Below, in pieces: positions 1-11,500 of a stretch of 64,000 bases of DNA. The notes below the pieces were generated by a model, which saw nothing but the letters and a program-made list of their open reading frames with translations, was not told the DNA's origin and searched no databases. Position numbers and translations under genes: made by a program. Positions within the stretch are counted from its first letter, which is position 1; each line of letters starts with the position of its first letter. Origin of the DNA: a virus; the IMG/VR virus record IMGVR_UViG_3300010401_000002, positions 15,365-79,364 of that record; one strand, 5' to 3'.

Positions 1-1
1 A

Positions 2-3000
2 ACATCGGTATCAATACAGCATACAGGTAATGAGAACGACACTCAAGTTCAGGATATTGGAACATTACAATATGTGCCGCCTATATTTAAGACAGGCAGA
101 AATATAAACACTACGAGAAACCGTAATGTAATTACCAATCTTAAATTAAAAACTATTCCTGATTTATCTGCATGGGCACTAACCTTTAAGCATAACATAT
201 GCAAGCGCAGGATTGATGCAATACAGAACAACTTTGATGGCAATGGTGGCGTAACGGGTACAGCACAGGAATTTCAGAAGATACTCAACTACGATTTGGT
301 TGGGTATATGATTAACGAGGTGCAAAGATTCGGCCTCATTGCAAGAGATAAAAAAACAGGCGAATACTTCTTTGCAGGGTTTATAGTTGATGATATAAAG
401 ATTGATGCAGCATTAACTAACGCCGCTTCAATCAACGACCCTACACGCAGGAATAATCCAAACACTTGCCCCGTAACTGCTGACACTTCACCTTTCTTAG
501 ACAACAATCTTACAAGTAGCACATTTCCTATAACCGATGTATGTATACCTTATGTTCAGTTTACGGATATTGATTGGAACTTTCAGATTGGAAATACAAT
601 AGTTTCAGAACTGATTGACCAGATACAGATTGTAAGGGCTGAAACGATTGCGGAGGTTTTGGGTAGCGGATTGGGCATACCTGCCGATGTTGCAATAGCA
701 ACAGGCGTAGATAACCTTACAGGAGTTGAAGCACCTGACACAACAACATTCGCACCGTTCTTTGCGTTCCCATACATAAGCGCAGACCCTATAAATGGAG
801 TATCTGCACCCGCAGCAGCAGTAACTAATATCACTCCAAGCGTAAATAGGAAAACTATATCAATATACTGCTCCGATTTTTATGTAACAGGAAATTACCC
901 CGCAGTTGATACAGCAGCAGATAATATTTTAATCAACGGTAAGATTTTAGTTGATGATGGTCTATTTGCTATTAATGCACCTTCACCAGATGATTCAGCC
1001 GATGATAATTCATTAAATTATACTTCATTATTCGACCCCGATTTGGTTGCCAATGACATTGCCTTATCATTCGATATTGACGAACATGCACAAGTTGGAA
1101 CAGGTCAAAGCATTGAGGTTGCAGGTGGCGATGTTTTTACTAATGTAGTTATGAGAACCCCGACAAACGATAAATGGGGTTGGGTATTTGAATCTTTATT
1201 TATACGGACTACAGCAGGACTGCCCGAAATAGACCCCGGAGCGAACGCAAACCAAATTGCCTATGCAGTTCAATATTATCGCGCATTAACAAATAAGTAT
1301 GGTAACGCTGAAAACACAAACTATATTGATACACAGGCGTTTTGCAATAGCGGGGCATCTACAGTAGATGTATTTGGTGGCGATACATTCACAATAAGCC
1401 ATTACCTTAAATTCAGGGGAAATGATATGCTGCACACCTACGGACAGGAGCAGGGGTTTGCAGGTGGATTAAATATTTATACACAATCAAGGGTAAACGT
1501 TCAGTTAAGAGCAACGGAGTTGAATAGTGTAGGTGGAACACAGTATTACTATCCCTATAATGCAACTATCTTCCAATGGCTTACACAGCAGACTTTAGAA
1601 AATTTCTCATACAACAAAGGCTATTCTATATTCGGCCAAACACAATTTCAAACTTACAGAGGATTTGATGCAACACAAGAGCAGCAGCAAGATTTAATAA
1701 CAGGTGAGGTATGGTCGCTGCAAGAAGTTGTAAATTCACTATCGCGCAACTTGCGTGTATTCCCAGCGTTAAACATAAAGATTGAGGATTTGCAGTACGG
1801 TGGCATTACACATCATGCAACTATGAATGGGGAATTGGTATCATGGCAACCGCGAATGTTTAAGCGGCAATTCTTTGACACCAACAATATGCTGCAAGAT
1901 GTTGAAGGCAGCACATTGGTTGTAGGTGACGGAACGGTGTTAAAGCAAAGAAGTGTTGACATAACACAATTTGGATGCTGTAATAAATTTGCAATAGTAA
2001 GCGGGCAATCAGCAGGCGGTGACGACATAAAACTATGGCCAAGTGCGTATAGTAAAACTATGTGTCGGTTTGGGCGTGACGGATTGGTAGATATTTCTCA
2101 AAGAGCAAACTTTGATGGGTATATTAAAGAGATGGTAACGCCTTATAACATAGCCAATAATGGTATTTACTACAATGTTGATAACCACGTATATTTATCT
2201 GTGTTTAAAACAGGGGGATTATCAAGCCTTATTAACTATGACAACTCGCTCATAGGCAACGGCATAACAAGTACATGGGATGCAAGAAGAAAAGTGGCTA
2301 TTTGGAGCGCAAGGTTATTACAAGGCATAATTCCTTATGATGCAACGGTGCACTACAGAATGGGAACGTTTGTTTTATTCGAGGGTGTATTATACCTATC
2401 ACTTGTAGATAACATTATAAACATCATTCCTTACGATACCGATAATTGGATGAAGGTAACGACTCTTGACTTTAATTATCAGGGATTAGCAACATATTTT
2501 ACACCAGCAGGATGTACAGCAGGCAATTACTATTATTATAAAGACGTTATATACTTATGTGATAACAATTCGCCTGCTCAAACATTGCCAACAGATACCG
2601 CTTATTTTACGCCTGTGTCTAACTATATTACAGAACCGTTAGACATAATCAGCTTTGCATGGCATGAAAAGAGAAATGGTTTCAGCGCATTTATAACGCC
2701 AACACCAAAGTTGTATATACAAGGTTCATATTATTACTATTCATTCAGCCCAAGAATTAATGCGGATGGAACATTGCCAAAACCGTATATGTTTCAGGAG
2801 CAGGTATCATCAGCAGGATTACTCAATTGGTATAATAGAAATCAAAAGCCAAATGTGACTTTAGAAGATTATCCACTCACCGCCAAAGGGTATATTAAAA
2901 TAGTAAAAAACTCTTACAGACAGATTCTTAAAGAATTTACTAATATATTTGTGCAATACAGACAAATCGGAACTGTTCTATCAGATGAAAAAGAAGCGCC

Positions 3001-3319
3001 CTATAAAGTAATTGTTGAAACGAATTATGGAACAGGGCAGCGAACAACGGTGTCACGCGAAGATTGGGATTATGATACACTTGCAAGATTTATATTCAAG
3101 GCGTTTATAAAGAATGATGAACTAACATCCGATGGTGGCAACAATCCCGATAGTGATACTTCGCAAATGTATGGTACGTGGTGTAGTTTAACGATAATAT
3201 TTAATGATGACGATAATAGTTACCCTTACTTTGGAACGAGATTATTAGTTACAAGTTCAGGAGGCCAACTATCATCGGTTACAGCGAAAGCGGAATTAAT
3301 GGAAGTGATTACGGTATAA
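2..3319 (+). CDS. Tail stabilisation/nozzle protein (crAss-like/P22 gp10-like), 5'-truncated by window
   Basis: The frame is open from base 2, upstream of the GTG at 74. >1080-aa beta-rich protein with crAss-like tail segments (DVFGGDTF, YNKGYS, FGCCNKFAIV); lies directly before the ejection genes and terminase. Confidence 0.65.
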   Translation, partial: TSVSIQHTGNENDTQVQDIGTLQYVPPIFKTGRNINTTRNRNVITNLKLKTIPDLSAWALTFKHNICKRRIDAIQNNFDGNGGVTGTAQEFQKILNYDLVGYMINEVQRFGLIARDKKTGEYFFAGFIVDDIKIDAALTNAASINDPTRRNNPNTCPVTADTSPFLDNNLTSSTFPITDVCIPYVQFTDIDWNFQIGNTIVSELIDQIQIVRAETIAEVLGSGLGIPADVAIATGVDNLTGVEAPDTTTFAPFFAFPYISADPINGVSAPAAAVTNITPSVNRKTISIYCSDFYVTGNYPAVDTAADNILINGKILVDDGLFAINAPSPDDSADDNSLNYTSLFDPDLVANDIALSFDIDEHAQVGTGQSIEVAGGDVFTNVVMRTPTNDKWGWVFESLFIRTTAGLPEIDPGANANQIAYAVQYYRALTNKYGNAENTNYIDTQAFCNSGASTVDVFGGDTFTISHYLKFRGNDMLHTYGQEQGFAGGLNIYTQSRVNVQLRATELNSVGGTQYYYPYNATIFQWLTQQTLENFSYNKGYSIFGQTQFQTYRGFDATQEQQQDLITGEVWSLQEVVNSLSRNLRVFPALNIKIEDLQYGGITHHATMNGELVSWQPRMFKRQFFDTNNMLQDVEGSTLVVGDGTVLKQRSVDITQFGCCNKFAIVSGQSAGGDDIKLWPSAYSKTMCRFGRDGLVDISQRANFDGYIKEMVTPYNIANNGIYYNVDNHVYLSVFKTGGLSSLINYDNSLIGNGITSTWDARRKVAIWSARLLQGIIPYDATVHYRMGTFVLFEGVLYLSLVDNIINIIPYDTDNWMKVTTLDFNYQGLATYFTPAGCTAGNYYYYKDVIYLCDNNSPAQTLPTDTAYFTPVSNYITEPLDIISFAWHEKRNGFSAFITPTPKLYIQGSYYYYSFSPRINADGTLPKPYMFQEQVSSAGLLNWYNRNQKPNVTLEDYPLTAKGYIKIVKNSYRQILKEFTNIFVQYRQIGTVLSDEKEAPYKVIVETNYGTGQRTTVSREDWDYDTLARFIFKAFIKNDELTSDGGNNPDSDTSQMYGTWCSLTIIFNDDDNSYPYFGTRLLVTSSGGQLSSVTAKAELMEVITV

Positions 3320-3368
3320 AAGCTATATGCTAAAAATAAATTCTTCAACACTTTAATACAACAAATCA

Positions 3369-4046
3369 ATGCCGGGGGAGGTTTCATTAGCAATAGGAGC
3401 AATTCAGACAGGAGTTGCATTAGCGAATCTTTTAAAGAAGCGCAACAGGCCTGAGTATAATGCCGCGCCACAGTTAGAAGCGGCTTACAGTGATGCTTTG
3501 GGGCGTACTAAATATGGCTATACAGGCAATCAAGTCTTAGGATTTAAGCAAGACCTGCAAAGGAATAATAATCAGCAATTCAGCAAAGCGACAAGTCAGT
3601 TTGGAAATCAATTAGGAGGAGTTGCAACGGCGGGAATAAATTTTGGGAACATATCAGCATTAAATAACTTCTACAAGAATGATGCTACCCTGATGGGCGA
3701 ACACGTTAGAAATGCTTATGGCATAGCTGATAAATTCCAACGCATTGCAGACATGAACACTACGGCAGCAATTCAGAATTACAATCAGAATCAACAGGCA
3801 TGGGGACATGCACTGGAATCGGGAATTTACAACACGGCATACGGAGTTAATTCGCAGTTGATGAAAAACAATCCGGCAGACCCTAATGTGGTGGTTAATC
3901 CTGTAACGGGACAGCCAGCAGCAGTAACAACAGGTGCACCTTCAAACGTTCCGCAATATGACAACACTTTTGATAACACAGATACGACATTGTTCGACCC
4001 TACATTTGCGCCTTCAACCTCTCACTTTAAAAAAGGAGTAATGTAA
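3369..4046 (+). CDS. Probable internal virion/ejection protein
   Basis: Ala/Gly-rich hydrophobic N-terminus (SLAIGAIQTGVALANLL) followed by Gln/Asn-rich helices; position after the tail gene as in podoviruses. Confidence 0.5.
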   Translation: MPGEVSLAIGAIQTGVALANLLKKRNRPEYNAAPQLEAAYSDALGRTKYGYTGNQVLGFKQDLQRNNNQQFSKATSQFGNQLGGVATAGINFGNISALNNFYKNDATLMGEHVRNAYGIADKFQRIADMNTTAAIQNYNQNQQAWGHALESGIYNTAYGVNSQLMKNNPADPNVVVNPVTGQPAAVTTGAPSNVPQYDNTFDNTDTTLFDPTFAPSTSHFKKGVM

Positions 4047-5503
4047 TGGCCGATTATGGACTTGGGATTGGATTAAGTGGCAAACTCACCAACGTTGAGC
4101 GTCAAGATGAGGCGCAGCGCAACCGTGACTATAAGGCACTCGCAGCGCAGGGAGCAGCAGCAGCAAAGCAAAAAGAGGCCGCACAAAAAAATTATGACGA
4201 TTGGAGTAAGCTGATTGCCAATAACAATCCGAATATACTGCCTGTTTATACAAAGCCAACAAGCGATATTTCTATTAAGTTAATATCAGATATGACAAGT
4301 GGTGTGCAGAAAAATCCTATGTACACACAATCACCTGAATTTTTAGCGAAGATTGCAGATTGGAGGGCTAAGACGAATTTATATGAGCAGGTGTCGGAGG
4401 GAGCGAAGAAAGCAATAGATTACGCAAGTCAACATCCTGACGATGCTGAATTAGACCCAAAGATAGCAGCAGCAATAAATGATGTTAATTATGACGGGCT
4501 TGTTAGCGCAATAGGGGATAGGGTAAAACAACTTGACCCTAACGCGGTTGGGGTTAATACAGATATGCTAAGTCCCGATATACTGTTAGTTCACAAAGCT
4601 AATCCAATAAAACTAAAAGCTGCTATCGAAAATGCAGGCGACCCTACTGCGGTATATGCAGAGAAATCATTGGGTTCAGGTACAGATGCAACAGGGACGT
4701 TTCAACGCTATCAGCCTATATACCAAAGAGATGCGCGTAAGATGGCTGAAACAAGCGAGTACCTAAGAGAGTTGAATAACAGCGACAAGCGAAACAAACA
4801 ATATGACAAAGCAGGGTGGGAAGTATTGCACGGTGCTGAATCTGCTAAATTATTGACACCCACTACAAGGTATGCGCCACAGGGTAAAGGCGGGTTAAAT
4901 ATACGCAACGGTGTCGCCACGAACGACAAAGGTAATGTTATATTTACAGTAACCGACCCAAATGAAAGTGGCGAACGCAAGTTTATAGGAACATTTAAAA
5001 ATGTACCGTATGAGGATAATAAACTTAAATTCACGCAACAAGAGAAAGGTAGCGATGGTAAATACCATGATGCAACTTACTACGTGCATAAACCTGTTCC
5101 TATAACCGATGGGAAGGGGAATATAAGATTTGAAGGAGATTATTTTGACGATACCGATAAAGACCCTGTTGATTCAAAACAGCACTCGTTCGTGAATAAC
5201 GGTTGGGTAAAAGTGAATAGTGAAGCAGGAAAGAAGTTATTATCTCAATACGTTGCGCTGACAAACAACACAGTTGAAATAGACCCATCGGATAAGGCAA
5301 ATCCAATAAAGTTTGTTTCAGACCCCAACGGACAATTGAATAATGTTACAGGGAATTTAGAAGGGTTGGTAAAAGGCGTTAATAGCAGCATATCGCCTGC
5401 AAAGGGGACTTCGATTAATGCACCGAAGAAAGGTAAGACCACAGTACCAAAGGCAGATAAATCGAAATTAACGAATACTGTAAAAAGCATATTTGGAAAA
5501 TAA
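4046..5503 (+). CDS. Probable internal virion/ejection protein
   Basis: 485 aa, translationally coupled (TAATG) to the previous gene, helical N-half, precedes the giant protein. Confidence 0.45.
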   Translation: MADYGLGIGLSGKLTNVERQDEAQRNRDYKALAAQGAAAAKQKEAAQKNYDDWSKLIANNNPNILPVYTKPTSDISIKLISDMTSGVQKNPMYTQSPEFLAKIADWRAKTNLYEQVSEGAKKAIDYASQHPDDAELDPKIAAAINDVNYDGLVSAIGDRVKQLDPNAVGVNTDMLSPDILLVHKANPIKLKAAIENAGDPTAVYAEKSLGSGTDATGTFQRYQPIYQRDARKMAETSEYLRELNNSDKRNKQYDKAGWEVLHGAESAKLLTPTTRYAPQGKGGLNIRNGVATNDKGNVIFTVTDPNESGERKFIGTFKNVPYEDNKLKFTQQEKGSDGKYHDATYYVHKPVPITDGKGNIRFEGDYFDDTDKDPVDSKQHSFVNNGWVKVNSEAGKKLLSQYVALTNNTVEIDPSDKANPIKFVSDPNGQLNNVTGNLEGLVKGVNSSISPAKGTSINAPKKGKTTVPKADKSKLTNTVKSIFGK

Positions 5504-5506
5504 ATA

Positions 5507-8500
5507 ATGGCAGAAGTATTAGATGCACCTGTACAAGAAGCACCTCAAACCGATAAGTTGGGGCAACTATATTCTGCATTAAAATCAGACCCTACATATA
5601 CCAATGTTTTGCCGGACGAAAAAGCGTTTCGTGAAACAATGAACAATCCCGAAAAAGCATCTGCATTGCACGATGTTTTGTTGCAGGATGAGACTTATAA
5701 AAGCGTAGTGCCAAAAGATTTCGCTGATTTTGCAGGAACGTTGGAGTTGGGGAAGAAGGAGCAGCCCGCTACACCGCAAGAGCCGCAACAACAACCTCTA
5801 ATTCAAAAAATAAACTCCCCCAAAATAGGTGTAGAAAAAAATCCATTTCTAAAGCCGTCCGATAATAACGGTATGGCAGCAGACATGAAGCAAATGACGG
5901 CTACAGGAAATCCAATGCCTGAAATCAAAAATGCTTTACAAGGAGCAATTATAAATCATAGTGCAGCAGGATTAAAAGATTTGGGAGTGGAATTACCCGA
6001 CTTGAATCCGAAAGATATAAACCCCGAAAAGCAAGGATTTGAGAAATCATATTCAGACAAATTAGTAAAATCATTCACCGATTCGCAGCAGTTAAAAGAT
6101 GAAATATTAGACAGCCCGAATTATCAGCAAAAGATTGCTAATGAGGTGTCAAAGAAATATTCAGTACCGCAACAAGATGTACTGAATTATATTTCTAAAG
6201 TAAACGATACCAAAAAAGACATTCGCTCAAACTTAGCCGACATAGCACTTAATCCACAAAACGATAAGGCTTATGGTGAATTGGGGAATAACTATTACGG
6301 TATAGGTGAATATGACAACGCTGAAAAGGCTTACATGGCTGCATTGAGCGTTGACCCTAATAGCGAAGGTGCAAAAAATGGATTAGGCAGCGTTGCATTA
6401 CAGAAAAAAGATTATCCAACAGCTGTGCAAATGTTTAGAGAATTGGCATCGGTCAATCCAAATACAGATAACATTTCGAAACTTGCAACAGCCGTATATG
6501 GCACAGGGGACTTTGCTAAAGCGCATGAATTAGCCGATGCTGCGGTTAATGCAGGCGGTGATATGCCAGATGCTTATGCACTAAAGATAAGGGCTGTAAC
6601 AAATGCAGTATTAGGCGATAACAAGCAGTCAATAGCGGACACAAAAGCAAGTGCTGAAATTGAAGGAATGAATGAGCAGCAAGGCGGTGGATATAAAGAT
6701 GAAAATGGCGTTCCAATTAATGAACATCAATTTACTCCAGATGAAATAAAGCAAAACAACTACGCAAGAGCATTAGAACAATTTGTTGATGTAGCACACG
6801 CTGTAATTGAAGGCGGATTTAATTTAATTCCTGAAACTATTGCCGCTAAAGCAATCATTCAAATCGGAACTGAATTATCGCACTACAACGACATTAAGGG
6901 TGACATGGCCGCGAAAGGATTTAATGAACGGCTTTCCGAAGATGTTGCGCGTGATGTTCGCATTGGTTTTGCAGCAGCAACGGTATTTAGCCCCGGTATC
7001 TTAAAATTCGCCCAACAAATGCAGGTGGCGGATATGGTATTGCCAAGTCAAGTGTTAGCAGGAGTAATGCAGCCTATTTCATCTTTAACCAACGAAGGCG
7101 CAAGTAACGCTGCAAAGAATTGGGCACAGGTTGGAGATGTAATTGCATCGCTATTAATATTTCATGGTGCAAATGAATTAGGTAGTAAGGGTTATAATCG
7201 CGCTATTGAATTGGGTGAAAAGATTAAGGGCAACATCGCTTTGACTAAGCAAGATGTTGCTGATATTGCAGATGGATTTAACGGAATTACACCCGCTACG
7301 GTATTTGCTATTGACAAGAATATTGCGGAGAATGGGGGGATTAATATAGATAAGAAGGCGGTGGATAAGTCTTTGATAAGCAATGACCAATTAGAACCAG
7401 AAAGCAAACAGGCCACAATACCGCCTGCCGACCAAAAAGAGCTATCTGATTTTGCAAAAGAAAAAGCGAGAATTAATGCGGAATACGAAAAAGATTGGGA
7501 TGGCTTATCTGACGAAGAAGTTAAAAAGCATCAAGACGACAATGAGGCAGTAATTGAAAAACGAAATGAGATTTTCGACAAATATGCTACGGACGCTGAA
7601 AAAAAACAACTTGCCAAATTAGGCAAGCAAACTATAATTGAAAAATTAAAGAAACGAAAAGCAGATGCCTATTTCAGAAAAGATAACTATATAGAAGATG
7701 TTGTTGATAGAATCGTAAAAGAAAATGTTGGCGAAGATATTGGTGCAGAGGAATCAAAGCCAGAAAACACTATTGAAAATAAGGTTGATGATGCAGTTGA
7801 AGCACGCATAGAAAGAAGATTAAAAAATAGAAATCTTACCGAGGCTAAAGGAAGCACGTTTTATGAGGACACAAATCTTAAAAACGCAAAAGTTGGAGAT
7901 GAAATTCACTTTAGCCAACGCGAGAACGGGGAATGGAAAGATTATAAAACAAAGGTAAAGAGTATAGTTGATGGCAAGATTATATTTGAAAACGGCAAAA
8001 CAGAAGATGATGTTTCGTCTTACATGAATATAACAGCAGAGGACGCATGGTTTGCTAAAAATCATCCGGAATTAACGCTTGATAAATCCTCGCAGTCCGA
8101 AAGCAAAGTTGAACCCGCCACCCAAGAACCCATACCCGAAACAGCATCAGCCGAACCCGAAAAGAAAAGTCTTGCAGGGGTTAAGCAAGAGGGTGAGGGT
8201 AAGGCAATGAATAGTGATTTAGAGAACAGGGTTTTTGAACACGATGGGGATATTAAATCTGAAATAAAAGCCATTGATAAAGCGCAGCATGAAAGGGGAA
8301 ACGTATATTATTTAGATTCCACTACACTAAAAAATGCGCCTAAAGAAACACTTGATGAAATAAAGGCTGCTTATAAACCAGTAATTGATAAAATTAAATC
8401 AGAACACGGGTCAGATGAAATAAGTTTATATCGCTCACAAGAAACATTTCCATCTGGCCTAATTCATAATGGAGAGTTTTTATCATTTACAACAAGGCCA

Positions 8501-11500
8501 TCATTCGCTAAATATTGGAATAAAGAAAAAATGTATAGAGATTTTCCTCTATGGTCATTTATTGCGGAAGTTAAAGTTCCCTTTGATGATATTGTGCTTC
8601 CCAAAACAAATTTAGGGCAATACGAGTTTGTCGTTGAGAACAAAGGCAAGACGAAAGAATATTTTGAAAAGCAGATTGAAATAAAAAAACAAGAGTTAGC
8701 GGCTGTTGGGTTAAATCAGAAATCAGATTCAGGGCATTTAGAGTTAGCGATTAAAGAAGGGCGTTTTCAGAAGGCTATTTCAGAAGGTAAAATGAAACAA
8801 AGTGACGCTATCGAATTGATAGAAGGCGCAGGTTTAGAAGTTCCCGAAGATATTAAACCTGCCGCTAACAAAGAATCAGCGCAGGTGGCCGAAGAAACAC
8901 CGCTAAAGAGTGACGTTACTGAACCCGTAAGTTCAAGTAGCACTTCGGAGAAACCCACCCCAGATGAATCCCGCCAATTTGCAATAGACTTTGTAAATCA
9001 CGATTTGGTTGAAGTGCAAAAAGCACCAACTAAAACTAAAGGCGAAAATAACCGTCCAAGCGGCACAAATACAGCAGCGCGATTAGATTTAGGCATGAGT
9101 AACGAAGAAAAGATTAGTGCTATAAAACAAATCAAATCGGGTAAATACGATGGAGTTGCGGCAAAAAAGTTGCTGGATAAACTTATTGATATGCACCAGA
9201 GGGATGATTTTGCATTTATTCAGGGTACAGGTGGTAATACTGAAATGGTGCAGGACAGACCTACAAGACAGAATCTACATGAAGCAATTGAGATTGCGAA
9301 ACTTACGGATAGCGAATATGATAAGCAGGCAGAATTAGATAATAAAATTGCAGACCACATTGCCGAACATGGGATTACAACAGTTGAAGATGTTACGGCA
9401 TTAGAAGGTTTTCCATTAAGCCATGAAGATGCTGAATTAATTAAAGAATATTTAAAATCAAAAACAGATGGAACAGACAAAGAAAGCACCAACACAGAAT
9501 CAGTTGAAAGTAGCAGCAAAAGCAAAGATACTTCTGCAAAAAGCAAAGAAGTGGAAGATGACCCAAACAGGCGAAAAGCCGAAGCAGATTATGAATCAGA
9601 ATTAGCCGACAAGCAAAAAGCGGTTGATGATGCCAAATCGGATTACGATAAGGCACTAAAGAAAATAAATAAGAGTGGTAACGTGTTGTTTGAAAATGTT
9701 ATGGGGGTTGAGGCTGATGTACAGCACAATCCAGAAGCAGCAATAAAACCGTTTAAAGAAAAACTTGACAAAGCGAAAGGTCTATTATCTGAATTTGAAA
9801 ATAATAAAGATAAGTATATAGATGAACGTTATAAGAATCAACAGGATTTATTTAATCAAAAACAATTAAAAGAAACGGAGGCCACAAATGCCATTCAAGA
9901 GCAAAGCACAACAAAGGTATCTGGAAGCGAACCACCCAAAGGGAGTGAATCTAAAGGAGTGGGAGAAAGCAACAAACTTCAAGAAGTTGCCGGAGAAGGT
10001 GAAGCCGGGAAAGAAAAAGTAACCCCACCAAAGCCCAAACTCAAATTCAAGCGCAACACCGAAAAGATTAGCAACCTCGATGATGAAATAAAATCGCTTA
10101 TCACAAAGTCAAGAGGCGAAACTAACACCTTAGTAAACTTTGGTGATGCAGTAAAAGTGGTTGCAAAGCTAATTGAGCGCGGCATCTATAAGGCAGAAGA
10201 TATTGCAAAGTATCTAATTGAACGCGGTTACAATGACGTTGTGCCCCATATAAAAGATGCACTAAAGCACATTAAAGAAAACTTTGAGTTAGACCCCGAA
10301 GTTAAAACAGCATTGAATAATGATGCTTTACAACAAGGTCAGACAGGAGTACGTCACGCAGATGTTGATGTAGATGCTGAATTAATGGGAATGAACCCTG
10401 TTGAGAAAATGCAGGCTATACCACGTATTGAATCAGAACAGTCGGCAAGAAAGATTTATGAAAGTCAAAACATGGCCGCAAAGGTTATTGATTTGAACGA
10501 AAAGCCGCGACCAATTAATAATGACGAACAAGGCGCATTGCAATTATACATTGCAGAACTAAAGAGAAAATCTGCGGCAATATTTGACCAATGGCAGCAG
10601 GCAAAACTTGCGGATAATACCGAACTTGCAGATGAACTGAAAATACAGTTAGATGATATTCGTGACGGACAACTTACCCCTGCATGGCAGGCATTAAAAA
10701 ACACCCGTAGCCAAGCCGCAAGAACATTAGGTAATTGGGAACGTGCAGTAGGCGGTGAAATGCAGTTTGAAGATTTGCGCATGGATTATATGCGGGCTAA
10801 GAACGTTACAGAAGTGCCGCCAGAAATTGAGGCGCAACTCAAAAAGGCAGCAGATGAATATGCTGAACTTGAAAAGAAATATAATGATGCTTTAGCCGAA
10901 GACCAAGCAAAGGCAGCGAAGATTGCAGCACAGGAAAAGTTACTTGCCGAAAAGCGTGAACAGGAACGCGAATATGTAAAGCAAAAAATAAAGTCACGTC
11001 ACGTTGAGAAAGCGCAACAGGTAAAAGAAATTGACGAGCGCATTGATAAACTCAAAGAACGTGCAAGGGTTGTACTGAAAAAATCATTAGGCCAGATGCA
11101 CGATTTAGGCGGTGCATTAAAAACTTCATTGGAGTTTGCAGATGTTGTAAAAGATATTGTGAACGAGCATATCAAAAAAGGATTGATTGAGGGTAAGGTT
11201 AAGTTTGAAGATATAATTGACAAAGCGCACCAAGACCTGCATGAAATATTTGAGGATATAACCACCCGCGATATTCACGAAATTTATTCTGATTATGGTG
11301 TAGTAAAGAAACCGCGTGTAGATGATTTGGCAAAAGCAAAGCGTGAAATCAAGGCAGAGGCTTTTTACGCATCAGCAACAGCAGAAGCCAAAGAAGGAAC
11401 GCCACCATTTAAAAGAGTAAACCCCGGCAAAGAATCACCCAACGTTCGTGCGGCAAGGCAGGAAATGGAAGAAGCGATGAAGAATAGCGGCATCGAATGG

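Noticed and set aside
9150-9338. Third +1-frame nested ORF in the giant gene
   Set aside because: No initiation signal, shadow-like composition, and the giant frame looks like a folded domain here.
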